NCBI GenBank assembly: GCA_965116025.1
Contig: OZ220480.1
Location: forward strand, 1,120,001 to 1,184,000
Direction of reading: 5' to 3'
DNA: 64,000 bases
DNA from: an uncultured candidatus Porisulfidus sp.
Lineage (GTDB): Bacteria; Pseudomonadota; Gammaproteobacteria; Poriferisulfidales; Poriferisulfidaceae
The notes beneath the pieces are model-generated. The model saw only the letters and a list, made by a program, of their open reading frames with translations, had not been told where the DNA came from and ran no database searches. Shown in pieces: positions 49,580-62,440 of this stretch. The first letter of the stretch is position 1, and each line of letters opens with the position of its first letter. The translations under genes and the position numbers were made by a program.

Positions 49580-50378
49580 CTTCCCGCACGCCGTTCCCCG
49601 GCTGATTCTGTTCGATTGGCACGCGACGCTGGTGGACACCCACGACGCGATGTATCACGCGGTCGACGATATTCTGCCGAAACTGCAGGAACTGGGTCTG
49701 TTCGATCGGATGGTCCCGATCAAGGAGAGCCGCACTCTTGAGGATGCCAAGCTGGTTCGCTACGTCCGCGAGCACAGACGGCTGCACCCCAAAATCCGCG
49801 AGGCTCGGGCGGTTTCCCGGACCGATATCTTCGAGGTGCTTTTCGGTCGCGATCAAGAGGCCAAGGATCGCGCGCATCGCGCGTTCGACGCCGCGTACCG
49901 AAACCACTGCGGATCGGTGACTCCGCTGGAACCGGACGCTCTGAGAACCTTGGGCCATCTGCGAGACATGGATATTCGTCTCGGCATGCTGAGCAACCGG
50001 AATCGGGAGTTCGTGGTTCGGGAGATGGATCTGCTTGGGGACCGTGGCTGGCGGGAGGCGTTCGAGGTGGTCGTGTGTGGCGACGACGCGCCGCGACGCA
50101 AGCCCCACCCGGATCAGATACGGGAAGCGCTACGGCGTCTTGGCGAGTGCCCGGGCATGCATTGCTGGTACGTCGGGGACAGCACGACCGACGTGGCCGC
50201 CGCTCGCGAAGCGGAAGTGGCGGCGGTGTTCTACAACGGGGCCGGTTGGGAGCGGGACTGGATCGACCGGATCTTCCCTGGTACCGTCAGCTACCCGTAT
50301 CGCCCCCACGCGGTGGTGGCCAACCTGCATGAGTTGCTGCATCAGGCGCGGACGTTGCGGTACGCGGTTTCCGAGTAG
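49566..50378 (+). CDS. HAD family hydrolase
   Basis: LFDWHATLVD, KPHP, YVGDSTTD. Confidence 0.85.
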   Translation: MSLTDFPHAVPRLILFDWHATLVDTHDAMYHAVDDILPKLQELGLFDRMVPIKESRTLEDAKLVRYVREHRRLHPKIREARAVSRTDIFEVLFGRDQEAKDRAHRAFDAAYRNHCGSVTPLEPDALRTLGHLRDMDIRLGMLSNRNREFVVREMDLLGDRGWREAFEVVVCGDDAPRRKPHPDQIREALRRLGECPGMHCWYVGDSTTDVAAAREAEVAAVFYNGAGWERDWIDRIFPGTVSYPYRPHAVVANLHELLHQARTLRYAVSE

Positions 50379-50385
50379 CCACCGG

Positions 50386-50730
50386 TCAGGAATCCGGGAT
50401 TTTCAGCCGAGTCCGCCACTCCACGTGCAACGCGTTGTCCCTGAGGTTGGGTCCTTTGGGACCGCCGTGCGAGACGCTGTGGCTTTGCGGTCCGTACACG
50501 TAGTCCAGGTAGGCGAACACCGCGTCCGCCAAGCCCTCGCAGGGGAGTCCGAAGTCGCTCGTCACCCGGGGAAGCTTCTCGCCATCGACCTGGATGACGT
50601 GCGCCATATGGTGGGCGTGCAGCTTCCCGCGATACTCGACGTCGAACAGGACCTTCGAGACCAAGGTCTGGCCTTCCTGGCGTATCTCGTCCGGGAAGAG
50701 GCCGTGGAAGGTGAGCAGGGCGGTAGCCAT
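50386..50730 (-). CDS. Hypothetical protein (114 aa)
   Basis: ORF with plausible composition filling the gap between genes. Confidence 0.55.
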   Translation of the reverse strand: MATALLTFHGLFPDEIRQEGQTLVSKVLFDVEYRGKLHAHHMAHVIQVDGEKLPRVTSDFGLPCEGLADAVFAYLDYVYGPQSHSVSHGGPKGPNLRDNALHVEWRTRLKIPDS

Positions 50731-50759
50731 GGGAAGCGGAAGGCGTTACTATAAAGAGA

Positions 50760-50981
50760 ATGATATACCGACTGCGAACGGATATCGCCGTTTTCGAGTT
50801 GCGACAGGAGCCGCTCGGCATGTGGGATTTGTGGGTGGATGGCACGCCGACTCTGACGTTTCCCATCCCCGAGGAGGCGGCCCAGGCGGTGGTGGATCGG
50901 AAATCTGGTTATTCCGTTTGGGACAACGAGGGACGCGACGCTCCGGCGGACCTGTCTGGCTGGGAACGGGTCGAGGAGTAG
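50760..50981 (+). CDS. Hypothetical protein (73 aa)
   Basis: MIYRLRTDIAVFEL...GMWDLWVDG...ADLSGWERVEE; AAGAG upstream. Confidence 0.6.
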   Translation: MIYRLRTDIAVFELRQEPLGMWDLWVDGTPTLTFPIPEEAAQAVVDRKSGYSVWDNEGRDAPADLSGWERVEE

Positions 50982-51012
50982 CCGCGAAGACCGCTTCTTT
51001 GAGATAAAGGAA

Positions 51013-51030
51013 AGGCGCCCGGAGGCGCCT
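51013..51030 (-). terminator. Hairpin between convergent genes, after amtB copy 1
   Basis: AGGCGCC-CGGA-GGCGCCT followed by T residues on the minus strand. Confidence 0.55.
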
Positions 51031-51054
51031 CTCCAATCTCCGAAGACGGACGGA

Positions 51055-52690
<1,636 letters not shown>

Positions 52691-53129
52691 CTAGTGTTGG
52701 TTCCCTGATGTTGGCGGCCCGTGGCCTTGATCTCTATCATATAGCATCAACGGATCCCCTTCCTTGGATCCGGGCGCCCAGAAGCGCGCCAAAACCGGTT
52801 TGTCCAGGCGCTTGGGACTCTTCGCGTATTGGAATATTGAGAAGGAGCGCGAGAATGGGTGGCCTTGATGTCAACCGCGTTGCCGGTGATTTCCTGGCGC
52901 GCCGTCGGAGGATGTCCAGATGCGCGCCCTTACCCCTTTGGCGTAGCCTGTTTAGATCGGATATCGGGGATAATTCCGCACGTCATGCTTTGCCTGCGCT
53001 AGCATCACTTTCGTAGCAATGCCCAATTCCATCCTCATGATTGAGACCATGGGGCGAAGATTCTACGCGGTTGCTCAATGTCGATTGGATGGTTGAGCGA
53101 TCAGGCTCTCGTTCTAGTAGGATGGCGTA

Positions 53130-53363
53130 ATGATTGATATGAAGAACGCCCGAGATTTCCTCAATCCGCAGGATCGTGCACGCCTCAGTGAAGCTGAGAT
53201 ATTTCAACTTCTTCAAGAGGCGGCGCAGCAATACGCGGAATATAGGCGTCTTTCGGATATTGCTGATATTTCCAAAGTGAAGGAAGTCAGACATCCCAGA
53301 TACTCTTGGGATGATCCGATAGGGTTGGCAGTAACGGAACGGGAAAGCGGCGGACTGGTCTGA
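53130..53363 (+). CDS. Hypothetical protein (77 aa) in a lower-GC spacer
   Basis: Helical-looking ORF with AGGA upstream; no recognisable motif. Confidence 0.4.
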   Translation: MIDMKNARDFLNPQDRARLSEAEIFQLLQEAAQQYAEYRRLSDIADISKVKEVRHPRYSWDDPIGLAVTERESGGLV

Positions 53364-53700
53364 TCTTCAGATGGAATTGAATGGATTTGACCCCGGTGAA
53401 TGAGGCGACCAATTATCTAAAGATGGAGGGCACGGAATAGAAGCTCGTGAGCTGGGGTCCACCAAAATGGTAAGCGAGGCCACGAGCGGATCGTGGACAC
53501 GATGGCGGGCATCAAGCGGGAATTATGGAAGATGCCGCCACCTGCTTGGATGGACGATCACTTGAGGAATGTCCTTGCTTTCCGCGCTTGCTGGAGCGAT
53601 GGACCGCGGCGACTCCATCTCGCTGATCCGTCACGCGGCTGGCTGACCGTCTCGGTTAGGTGGTTCGTCCAAGGCCGATTCCGGCGCTCCCAAAAATGAG

Positions 53701-53723
53701 AAGGGGCGCCGCGGGCGCCCCTT
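53701..53723 (-). terminator. Hairpin after amtB copy 2
   Basis: AAGGGGCGCC-GCG-GGCGCCCCTT perfect stem. Confidence 0.6.
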
Positions 53724-53744
53724 CCATAAGCGGTTCGAGCTCGA

Positions 53745-55590
<1,846 letters not shown>

Positions 55591-55661
55591 TCAACTCCGG
55601 CCAATGGCCGCGTCGTCTCCTGAAATCCTCGCCCCAGAGCTGGCGGCTCTGGCGAGGTCCC

Positions 55662-56729
55662 CTAGCGGTCGCTGGATCCGCGGCGCGAGTATCCCGCCCG
55701 CGTCAGCAACTCGTAGGGAATTGTACCACTTTTCTCGGCGACTTCCCGGACTGGCATGCGCGCGCCCCATAGTTCCACCAAGTCCCCGATGGCGACGGAG
55801 CCGCGCGCGAGGTCGATGGCGATCAGGTCCATGGAAACGCGGCCCAGGATCGGGAAGCGCTGGTCCCCGACGGCGACCTCCGCGCCCCCGCTCGACGCCC
55901 GCGGGTAGCCGTCGGCGTAGCCGGCCTCGACCAGTCCGACCCGCATGTCCGAGGCGCATTCGTAGTCCGCTCCGTACCCGATCCGCTCGCCAGCGCGACA
56001 TTCGCGGATCGTCAGCAGGGGGGCCTCCAGAGTCATGACCGGGCGCAGGTCCGCGGCGGGACAATGCGACGGCGCGACTCCGTACAGCATCAGTCCGGGG
56101 CGGATCCAGTCCAGATGGCTTTCGGGGTGACGTAGCACGGCGGCGGAGTTGGCGGCCGAGCGCTCCTCAGGCGCCGAGATCCTGGCGAATCGCTCCAGTT
56201 GCGCGGTGGTCTCGGCGTCGCCGGGCTCGTCGGCGCAAGCCAAGTGCGTCATCAGTCCGATCGGTCCGGCGCGCCACGGCAGGGCGCGCATGCGCGCGAG
56301 ACAGGATTCCGCCATCTCCAGGTCGACGCCGAGTCGGTTCATGCCGGTGTTTACTTTCAGCCAGAGCCGGAGGTCCGTGGTGGGGGTCCGGGCGCGCTCC
56401 AGCAAGGCGAGTTGCTCGAGGTCGTGCGTGACCGGGGAGAGGTTTTGGGCGACCGCCGTCTCCAGTTCCGCGGGGGTCCGGACTCCGTGCAGCAGGACGA
56501 TGGGGTCCGGCACGCCGCCGTCGCGCAGTTCGGCGCCTTCGCCTAGGGTCGCGACCGCGAGCGCGTCCGCGTGTCCGCGAAGGGCCCGGGCGCAGGCGAG
56601 GGCGCCGTGTCCGTAGGCGTTGGCCTTGACCACCGCCATCAGCGAGCCGTTCGGCGCGCGGGCGCGCGCTTGTCCGCAGTTGTGGACCAGATTGGGGAGG
56701 GAGACGCGGACCCGGGCGGGCCGGCTCAT
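55662..56729 (-). CDS. alr: Alanine racemase
   Basis: AVVKANAYGHG, NTGMNRLG, GYADGYPR, GRVSMD, GTIPYE. Confidence 0.95.
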   Translation of the reverse strand: MSRPARVRVSLPNLVHNCGQARARAPNGSLMAVVKANAYGHGALACARALRGHADALAVATLGEGAELRDGGVPDPIVLLHGVRTPAELETAVAQNLSPVTHDLEQLALLERARTPTTDLRLWLKVNTGMNRLGVDLEMAESCLARMRALPWRAGPIGLMTHLACADEPGDAETTAQLERFARISAPEERSAANSAAVLRHPESHLDWIRPGLMLYGVAPSHCPAADLRPVMTLEAPLLTIRECRAGERIGYGADYECASDMRVGLVEAGYADGYPRASSGGAEVAVGDQRFPILGRVSMDLIAIDLARGSVAIGDLVELWGARMPVREVAEKSGTIPYELLTRAGYSRRGSSDR

Positions 56730-58159
56730 GGGGAGGAGTCGTAGTCGGGCGGGGCTACGTCGTGGTAGTCGTCCGTTCCATGCTGCGTGAAGTGGTAGTG
56801 CTTCTTGGTGAAGACCAGATTCATGTCGAAGCACGGGCCATTCCGGTTTTTCGCCACTTTCAGCACCGCGTTGGCGATATCGGGGCTCGACATGTTTTCG
56901 TCACTGGTGGATTTGTACAAGAACATGACGATGTCGGCGTCCTGCTCGATGGCTCCGGAATCGCGCAACTCCTGCAGCTTGGGCGCGTCGCCCGCCTCGC
57001 GCCCGGCCCCTTGGCGGTTGAGCTGAGACAGGCACAGCACCGGAGCGTTCAGCTCGACGGCGATCGCTTTCAGCTCTCGGGTGATGATGGCCAGCTCGGC
57101 GTTGCGATTGTTGGCGTCCCGGCCCTCTCCAGGGATCAGCTGCAGGTAGTCGATGACGATCAGGTCGAGCTTGTTGCCGTGTCTCGCGCGCAATCTCCGC
57201 GCCATGCGACGGATCAGGGCCGGAGTGGGGGAGGACACCTCGTACACGTACAGGTTGGGCTTGGTCAGCATGGTGAGGGCTCCCTCGATAGCTTTCCAGT
57301 TGGCGTCCTCCAGCCGTCCTCCGCGCAGCTTGTTCTGGTCGACTTGGGCGACCATGGCCAGCAGGCGGTCGGCGAGCGCTCGCGCCGACATTTCCATGCT
57401 GAAGACCGCGACCACGTCCTCCTCGTGATCCTGAATGCCTCCGGCGGCGACGTTGAACGCGATGTTCATGGCCAGACTGGTCTTGCCCATGCTGGGACTC
57501 GCGGCGAGGATGACCAGTTCGCCAGGTTGCAGCCCAAACGTTTTGCGGTCGAAGGCGTCAAAACCGGTTGGCGTGCCGGTCAGCAATTGCTTTCCGGGGT
57601 TGTCGCGCAGCCACTCTTGGCAAGTCTCGATCATTCCGCTGGCTTCGCCCGCCGCTTTCCCGATGCGCGTGAAATCGTCGCGCCCATGCCTTTCGGTGTC
57701 GGAGACCTGCAGGATCAGGCGTTCCGCCTCGCTAACGATCTCGTCGGAATCTCTCCCGCGCGGGTCGTTGATCAGGGCGATGATGTCGGCGCAGGCCCGG
57801 CGCAACTGGCGTTGCGTCGAGCATTCCTGCACGATGCGAACGTAATGCTCGACGCGCTCGGACATGAAGTTCTCGTCCACGATGTGGCAGACGTAGTCCA
57901 GGATTTCCGGATGGTCTGAGTAGTCCGCGTGGCGGCGCAGTCGGTCCGAGGCGGTGACGAGGTCGACCGCCTTGCCCTCGCTCTCCATGGAGTGGATCGC
58001 GTCGAAGATCACGCGGTGGCTGGCTTCGCCGAAATCGCGGGCCTGGAGGTACCCGATCTTGTCCCAAGCGCTCTCGTCGTTGATGAGCGCGCCGAGCACC
58101 GCGCGCTCGGCATCGATCGGCTCGACGGCGGAAAGGGCTAGGGGAGCGTCTTCGTCCAT
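56726..58159 (-). CDS. dnaB: Replicative DNA helicase
   Basis: AERAVLGAL, PSMGKTS, FSMEMS, IDYLQL, LSQLNR, LRDSGAIEQDAD, KNRNGP. Confidence 0.95.
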   Translation of the reverse strand: MDEDAPLALSAVEPIDAERAVLGALINDESAWDKIGYLQARDFGEASHRVIFDAIHSMESEGKAVDLVTASDRLRRHADYSDHPEILDYVCHIVDENFMSERVEHYVRIVQECSTQRQLRRACADIIALINDPRGRDSDEIVSEAERLILQVSDTERHGRDDFTRIGKAAGEASGMIETCQEWLRDNPGKQLLTGTPTGFDAFDRKTFGLQPGELVILAASPSMGKTSLAMNIAFNVAAGGIQDHEEDVVAVFSMEMSARALADRLLAMVAQVDQNKLRGGRLEDANWKAIEGALTMLTKPNLYVYEVSSPTPALIRRMARRLRARHGNKLDLIVIDYLQLIPGEGRDANNRNAELAIITRELKAIAVELNAPVLCLSQLNRQGAGREAGDAPKLQELRDSGAIEQDADIVMFLYKSTSDENMSSPDIANAVLKVAKNRNGPCFDMNLVFTKKHYHFTQHGTDDYHDVAPPDYDSSP

Positions 58160-58316
58160 TCCAGAGAGATTCTAGAGATCGACGGGCTTGAGGCGCGAGC
58201 TCGCGGCGATTCGGTAGCTCATACTGTCGCGGACGCGGGAGGCGTTGTCAATAGAGCGATTAGTACGAAAACCGGGGGGAAATCCGTGGGACGCCTGTGG
58301 AAAAACCGTGGACAAC

Positions 58317-58877
58317 CTACTGGGACGCTCGTTCCGCATCGCCCGAGCTCTCTTCCGCGGCATCCGGCGCGGCGTCCGCCTTCGCCGAGGCGGTCTCCTC
58401 CTCTTCCAGCTCGACCGGAGTCTCGACCACGGCGCCGGATTCCACGACGATGAGCATGGTCGTCTCGACGTCGGTATGCAGGCGCGCGGTGACCGAATGC
58501 TCGCCCAGGCCGCGCAACGGGCCATCGGGCAGCCGCACCTCATGGCGCTCCAGCTCCCCGCCCGCCTCGGTGGCGGCGCGCGCGATGTCGCCGGCGCCGA
58601 CCGAGCCGAACATCTTGCCTTCCTGGTTGGTCTCCACCTTGACGGTGATCCGGAGCCCGTCCAGCTTCTCTTTCCGACGCTCCGCCAGCGCCAGCGTCTC
58701 TCCCGCCTGGCGCTCCAGCTCTTCCCGGCGCTCCTGAACCTCGGCCAGGTTGGCCTCGGTCGCGTATTTCGCCTTGCCGGCCGGAATCAGGTAGTTGCGC
58801 GCGTAGCCGGGTCGCACGCGCACCACGTCGCCAAGCGAGCCGAGTCGCTCGACGCGTTCCAAAAGAATGACATCCAT
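58317..58877 (-). CDS. rplI: 50S ribosomal protein L9 with acidic C-terminal extension
   Basis: MDVILLERV..LGSLGDVVRVRPGYARNYLIP, GKMFGSVG. Confidence 0.95.
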   Translation of the reverse strand: MDVILLERVERLGSLGDVVRVRPGYARNYLIPAGKAKYATEANLAEVQERREELERQAGETLALAERRKEKLDGLRITVKVETNQEGKMFGSVGAGDIARAATEAGGELERHEVRLPDGPLRGLGEHSVTARLHTDVETTMLIVVESGAVVETPVELEEEETASAKADAAPDAAEESSGDAERASQ

Positions 58878-58894
58878 CTCGTTGTCTCCGATTT

Positions 58895-59788
58895 CTAGGA
58901 AAGGTCTTTGTCGTTCGCCGTCCGCTCGCGCCATCCTAGCAGGTCTCCGGCCGCGCCGGCCACGGCCACGGCCAAGAGCGCTTCCTGCACGCTCAGCAAC
59001 ACGACGTAAAAAGGGATCAGGGCCGCCGGCCGGTAGCGAATCCGGTCGGCCAGCCGGTGCGCGGCGGCGACTCCCGGGAACAGGAACGCCGCGGTCAGGC
59101 ACAGGGACAGGCCCAGCATGAACGGGGTTGGGAACGCCCAGGACATGGCGAGGACCGCCAAAAACATGGCGCTCGCGGCCCGCCCGTGGTGGAGCGCCCG
59201 GAATTCCCGCGCGAAGAACGGGGTCTCCACCAGCGCGCTCTGCCAGCGGCGGGCGAGCAGAAGCAGCAGGCTCGACAGTAGCGCCAGGCTGGCCATCATC
59301 AGCTCGTTCCCGATCTGGATCAGCAACTCCGTGGGCAAGCCTCGGAAGGGCTCGGGGCGCTCCCCGCGAAGCGTCTCCAGGGTTTCTCTCCAGGCCTGAT
59401 CCAGATCCAGCGGCAACAGGTCCATCGCGTGGGCTCCGGCCCAGGCTCCCAGAAAGCCGCCCAAAATCGCCAGGGACAGGGAATCGGTCCAGCGCAGGAA
59501 GGCGGCGAGGAGCGCCGGGGCGCCGAGAAACAGCAACGGAATCAGGGCCGCCATAGGGTCGCCCAGGTAATACTCGCCCAGGGCCGCGTAAGCCATCCCC
59601 GACGCCGCCAGGATCACGGTGGCGTCCCGCGGGGGGCGCGCCAAGACCATGAACGCCGCGGCGACGCCCGCGAGCAGGATGCCGAACAGCATCGCCGGCA
59701 CATGGATGGCCACCACCTGCAGCGCGATCAGGCCCCCGACGATCGGAAATGGAGGCCCGCGCAGGAACCGCCCGAGCGTGGCGAGCAT
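58895..59788 (-). CDS. Membrane protein (DUF2232/YybS-like)
   Basis: Multi-TM protein with LLLARRWQSAL..F..EF; typical position between rpsR and rplI. Confidence 0.75.
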   Translation of the reverse strand: MLATLGRFLRGPPFPIVGGLIALQVVAIHVPAMLFGILLAGVAAAFMVLARPPRDATVILAASGMAYAALGEYYLGDPMAALIPLLFLGAPALLAAFLRWTDSLSLAILGGFLGAWAGAHAMDLLPLDLDQAWRETLETLRGERPEPFRGLPTELLIQIGNELMMASLALLSSLLLLLARRWQSALVETPFFAREFRALHHGRAASAMFLAVLAMSWAFPTPFMLGLSLCLTAAFLFPGVAAAHRLADRIRYRPAALIPFYVVLLSVQEALLAVAVAGAAGDLLGWRERTANDKDLS

Positions 59789-60018
59789 CAGTGGTTGTCG
59801 CAGTACGGCAACAGGCTCAGATAACGGGCGCGTTTGATGGCGGCGGACAGCCGGCGCTGAAACCGCGCCGGAACGCCGCTGACTCGGGCCGGCATGATCT
59901 TCCCGGTCTCGGTGATGTAGTCGCTCAGCAGATCCAGGTCCTTGTAGTCGATCTCCGACGGGTCGCTTCGCGCGAGGCGACGCGCGCTCTCGCGTTTGGG
60001 TTTGTGGTGACTGGGCAT
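59788..60018 (-). CDS. rpsR: 30S ribosomal protein S18
   Basis: [41 protein letters not shown]. Confidence 0.95.
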   Translation of the reverse strand: MPSHHKPKRESARRLARSDPSEIDYKDLDLLSDYITETGKIMPARVSGVPARFQRRLSAAIKRARYLSLLPYCDNH

Positions 60019-60023
60019 GGTCG

Positions 60024-60602
60024 TTACTCTCGGGTTTCGGAAGGTGGGGGCGCGGGCTTCCCGGCGGCCGGGTCCTCGCTCGCCTTGGTCTCGGGTCCGG
60101 GTTCCGTCGCGCTCTCGTCTGGCGCGGGCTCCTTGGCCGGGGTGGACCGTGGGGACGCTTTCTCCTCGCTCTCTTTCTCGTCGGTGGGCTCTGGCGACGA
60201 CGCTTTCCTCGGAGCTTCGTCCGAGGCGGGCTTTCTCGATTCCTTCGATCCGTCGCGCCACTCTTTATCGGATCCTTCCTCCTCGTCCGACTTGGCGAGC
60301 GGCGAGGGCTCGGTGATGGCGCGGTCCTGGTGGATGATCAGGCTGCGCAGCACGGCGTCGTTGAACCGGAACGCGTGCTGGATCTCCTCCAGCGCCTTCG
60401 AATCGCACTCCACGTTCATCAGGACGTAGTGGGCTTTGTGCAGCTTGTCGATGGAATAGGCCAGCTGACGTCGGCCCCAGTCCTCAAGGCGATGCACCTG
60501 TCCGTCCCTGCTGGTCACCATTTTCATGTACCGCTCGATCATTTGCGGTACTTGGTCGCTTTGGTCCGGATAGACCAGAAACACGATCTCGTAATGTCGC
60601 AT
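60024..60602 (-). CDS. rpsF: 30S ribosomal protein S6 with long acidic/Pro-rich tail
   Basis: [38 protein letters not shown]. Confidence 0.96.
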   Translation of the reverse strand: MRHYEIVFLVYPDQSDQVPQMIERYMKMVTSRDGQVHRLEDWGRRQLAYSIDKLHKAHYVLMNVECDSKALEEIQHAFRFNDAVLRSLIIHQDRAITEPSPLAKSDEEEGSDKEWRDGSKESRKPASDEAPRKASSPEPTDEKESEEKASPRSTPAKEPAPDESATEPGPETKASEDPAAGKPAPPPSETRE

Positions 60603-60675
60603 GCGCGCTCTCCCTTCGGGTTGTCAGCCCCCCGCCGGCGCGGTGGGGCAAGGAGTCGTTGTCGGGGCGCGCATT
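60603..60675 (-). promoter_or_regulatory. rpsF leader (S6:S18-type autoregulatory RNA candidate)
   Basis: Minus strand CTCCTT-GCCCC..GGGGC-TGACAACCCG-AAGGGAG: the SD can pair with the upstream CTCCTT and a CCG lies just before it. A TAGAAT -10 sits immediately upstream. Confidence 0.55.
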
Positions 60676-60678
60676 CTA

Positions 60679-61380
60679 TCAGAACCCGCTCTCGCGCCCG
60701 GGCGCCGCCGCGACCGGGGCGACGCTCTTGTGGGGCAGGAACAGCCCGCAACCGAGCAGGCGCCCGGGCCCAAGCCCGTGGCACTGCAGATTCAGGGACG
60801 CTTCCGGCTCGAGCCCGTCCAGCATCAGGCTGCGGCAGCGCGCCGTGGCGTCGCCGCTTCCGCGGACGGGGTGGGTCCGTCCGGCCATCATGCGCGGCGC
60901 TTGGACGCCGATGGCTTCCAGGCGCTCGGCGCACAGATCCAGAAACTCCTCCTCTTCCTCAGTCTCGATCGCCACGTACCGGGCGAACGCCGTGCCCTGC
61001 GGCTGCAGCGCGCGCGGCTTGCCATCCTCGATTCGCATCCGGTCCGGTCCGACCCGCAGGGTGGTTCCGGGCAGGGCTCGCGCCTCCTCCAGCCGGTGGC
61101 GCGGAAGCCGCAGCGCCAGCCGGGCGCGCCGCGACAACGGCAGATAGGCGGCCGGGTCGTCCGGGCGGATCCAGCCGTTTCCGGATTCGGCGCCGTGGAC
61201 GGTGTGGATGCCGGCGAGCGGCTCGTCTTCCAGCCAAGGCCAGACCGAAAGCAACGCCGCGCGGAGATCCTGGGCATGGTCGACCGGCAAGGCCGCGCAA
61301 CGCATCCGATAGCGAACGTCCACCACGTCGGACGCGGCGGCCGGCGGCGGAGCGTCTGGTTCCCGCCAGCGCGCGGTCAT
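60679..61380 (-). CDS. cas6: Orphan Cas6-family RAMP endoribonuclease (Cmx6 / type I-MYXAN-like)
   Basis: LPVDHAQDL, GIHTVHG, LPLSRRARLALRLP and C-terminal G-rich loop LQCHGLGPGRLLGCGLFLPHK. ATGA overlap with the upstream gene. Confidence 0.85.
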   Translation of the reverse strand: MTARWREPDAPPPAAASDVVDVRYRMRCAALPVDHAQDLRAALLSVWPWLEDEPLAGIHTVHGAESGNGWIRPDDPAAYLPLSRRARLALRLPRHRLEEARALPGTTLRVGPDRMRIEDGKPRALQPQGTAFARYVAIETEEEEEFLDLCAERLEAIGVQAPRMMAGRTHPVRGSGDATARCRSLMLDGLEPEASLNLQCHGLGPGRLLGCGLFLPHKSVAPVAAAPGRESGF

Positions 61381-61568
61381 GGGCGGCGGGCCGTGAAGAA
61401 ACTCTCCAGGCGCTCCTCCCAGTCGTCTGGAGTGTCGGGGAACGGAGGGCGGACGTCCAGACTGAGGAAGCGCTCTCCCGCCTCGATGCGGTCCGCGATC
61501 AGCTCCTTCAGGCTCGCGAAGGAATCCAGGTCGGGACGGGCGATCAGGATCTCGCTCAGGGTTAGCAT
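61377..61568 (-). CDS. Small acidic protein (63 aa), unknown function
   Basis: MLTLSEILI..SF..L...GERFLSLDVRPPFPDTPDDWEERLESFF; overlaps both neighbours. Confidence 0.75.
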   Translation of the reverse strand: MLTLSEILIARPDLDSFASLKELIADRIEAGERFLSLDVRPPFPDTPDDWEERLESFFTARRP

Positions 61569-62440
61569 GGGAAGGTGGCGCGGTCCGTGTAGCGGGCTCG
61601 GTACAGCAGGCGGGGGCGGTCCGCGGAATCGGTATAGGCGCTCCGGCAATGCAACGCATTATGCGCGATCAGCCCGCACCCCGCCTCCAGACGGAGCGCG
61701 CGCCGAGCTTGCGGCAGGGTCTCCAGCAGTTCCCGGATTCGGTTTCGGGCGGCCTCGGCCTCGGGACGCCAGCGGACGTGGATGGCGCGCTCGGTGTAGC
61801 GCGCATGCAGGCGTCCATCGTCGAGGGAGAAGACCGGACCACGGAATTCGGCGCGGCGCTCCGCGCCGCTCTCGTCGTGGGCGGGCACCGCGAAGGCCCG
61901 CGGGTGCGCCAGGGCTTGGACCATAGCCGGGTCCTCGTCGCGCAGGGCGATGTACAGAAGGCGCGGATCCAGCAACCGGTTGACGCCGCCGTCCAGCGCC
62001 GGGCGGACGCAGTGCAGGATGAAGCTCCGGATCTTGCGCGAGTCCGGCAGGTAGTAGCCGTCGGTGTGCCACCGCAGACGGTTTCGGGTGTACGGGATGA
62101 ACCGCCCGGCCGCGTCCTCCCGCGCCGTCAGCCGGGCCACCCCGTCCGCCTCGGCGCACTGGTGATGGTCGAGATTCGCGAGCCCTAGTCGCTCGCCCAA
62201 GGCCAGAACGTCTTGTGGAGCGAGGGCGCGGTCCGTGGCGTAGTGGACGATACCGCTTGCGCGCAGACGAGAGATCAGGGCGCGGGCTTCCGCGTCGCTT
62301 AGATGGGCGGGGTCGCGCAGCGGAACGGGCGCGAGGTCCGCCACGCTCTCGTCCAGCGTTCGCTCTCGCCACGCGCGATAAGCGTCCGCGCGATCAAGAT
62401 CCCACCAGTCGGGACGCGCGGGAAAGGAGGGGTCAGGCAA
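61562..62440 (-). CDS. TauD/TfdA-family Fe(II)/2-oxoglutarate dioxygenase
   Basis: WHTDGYY (HxD), FILHCVRPA..GG.N, HNALHCRSAY, LLYRARY. TTG start overlaps the aspC stop. Confidence 0.85.
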   Translation of the reverse strand: MPDPSFPARPDWWDLDRADAYRAWRERTLDESVADLAPVPLRDPAHLSDAEARALISRLRASGIVHYATDRALAPQDVLALGERLGLANLDHHQCAEADGVARLTAREDAAGRFIPYTRNRLRWHTDGYYLPDSRKIRSFILHCVRPALDGGVNRLLDPRLLYIALRDEDPAMVQALAHPRAFAVPAHDESGAERRAEFRGPVFSLDDGRLHARYTERAIHVRWRPEAEAARNRIRELLETLPQARRALRLEAGCGLIAHNALHCRSAYTDSADRPRLLYRARYTDRATFPC

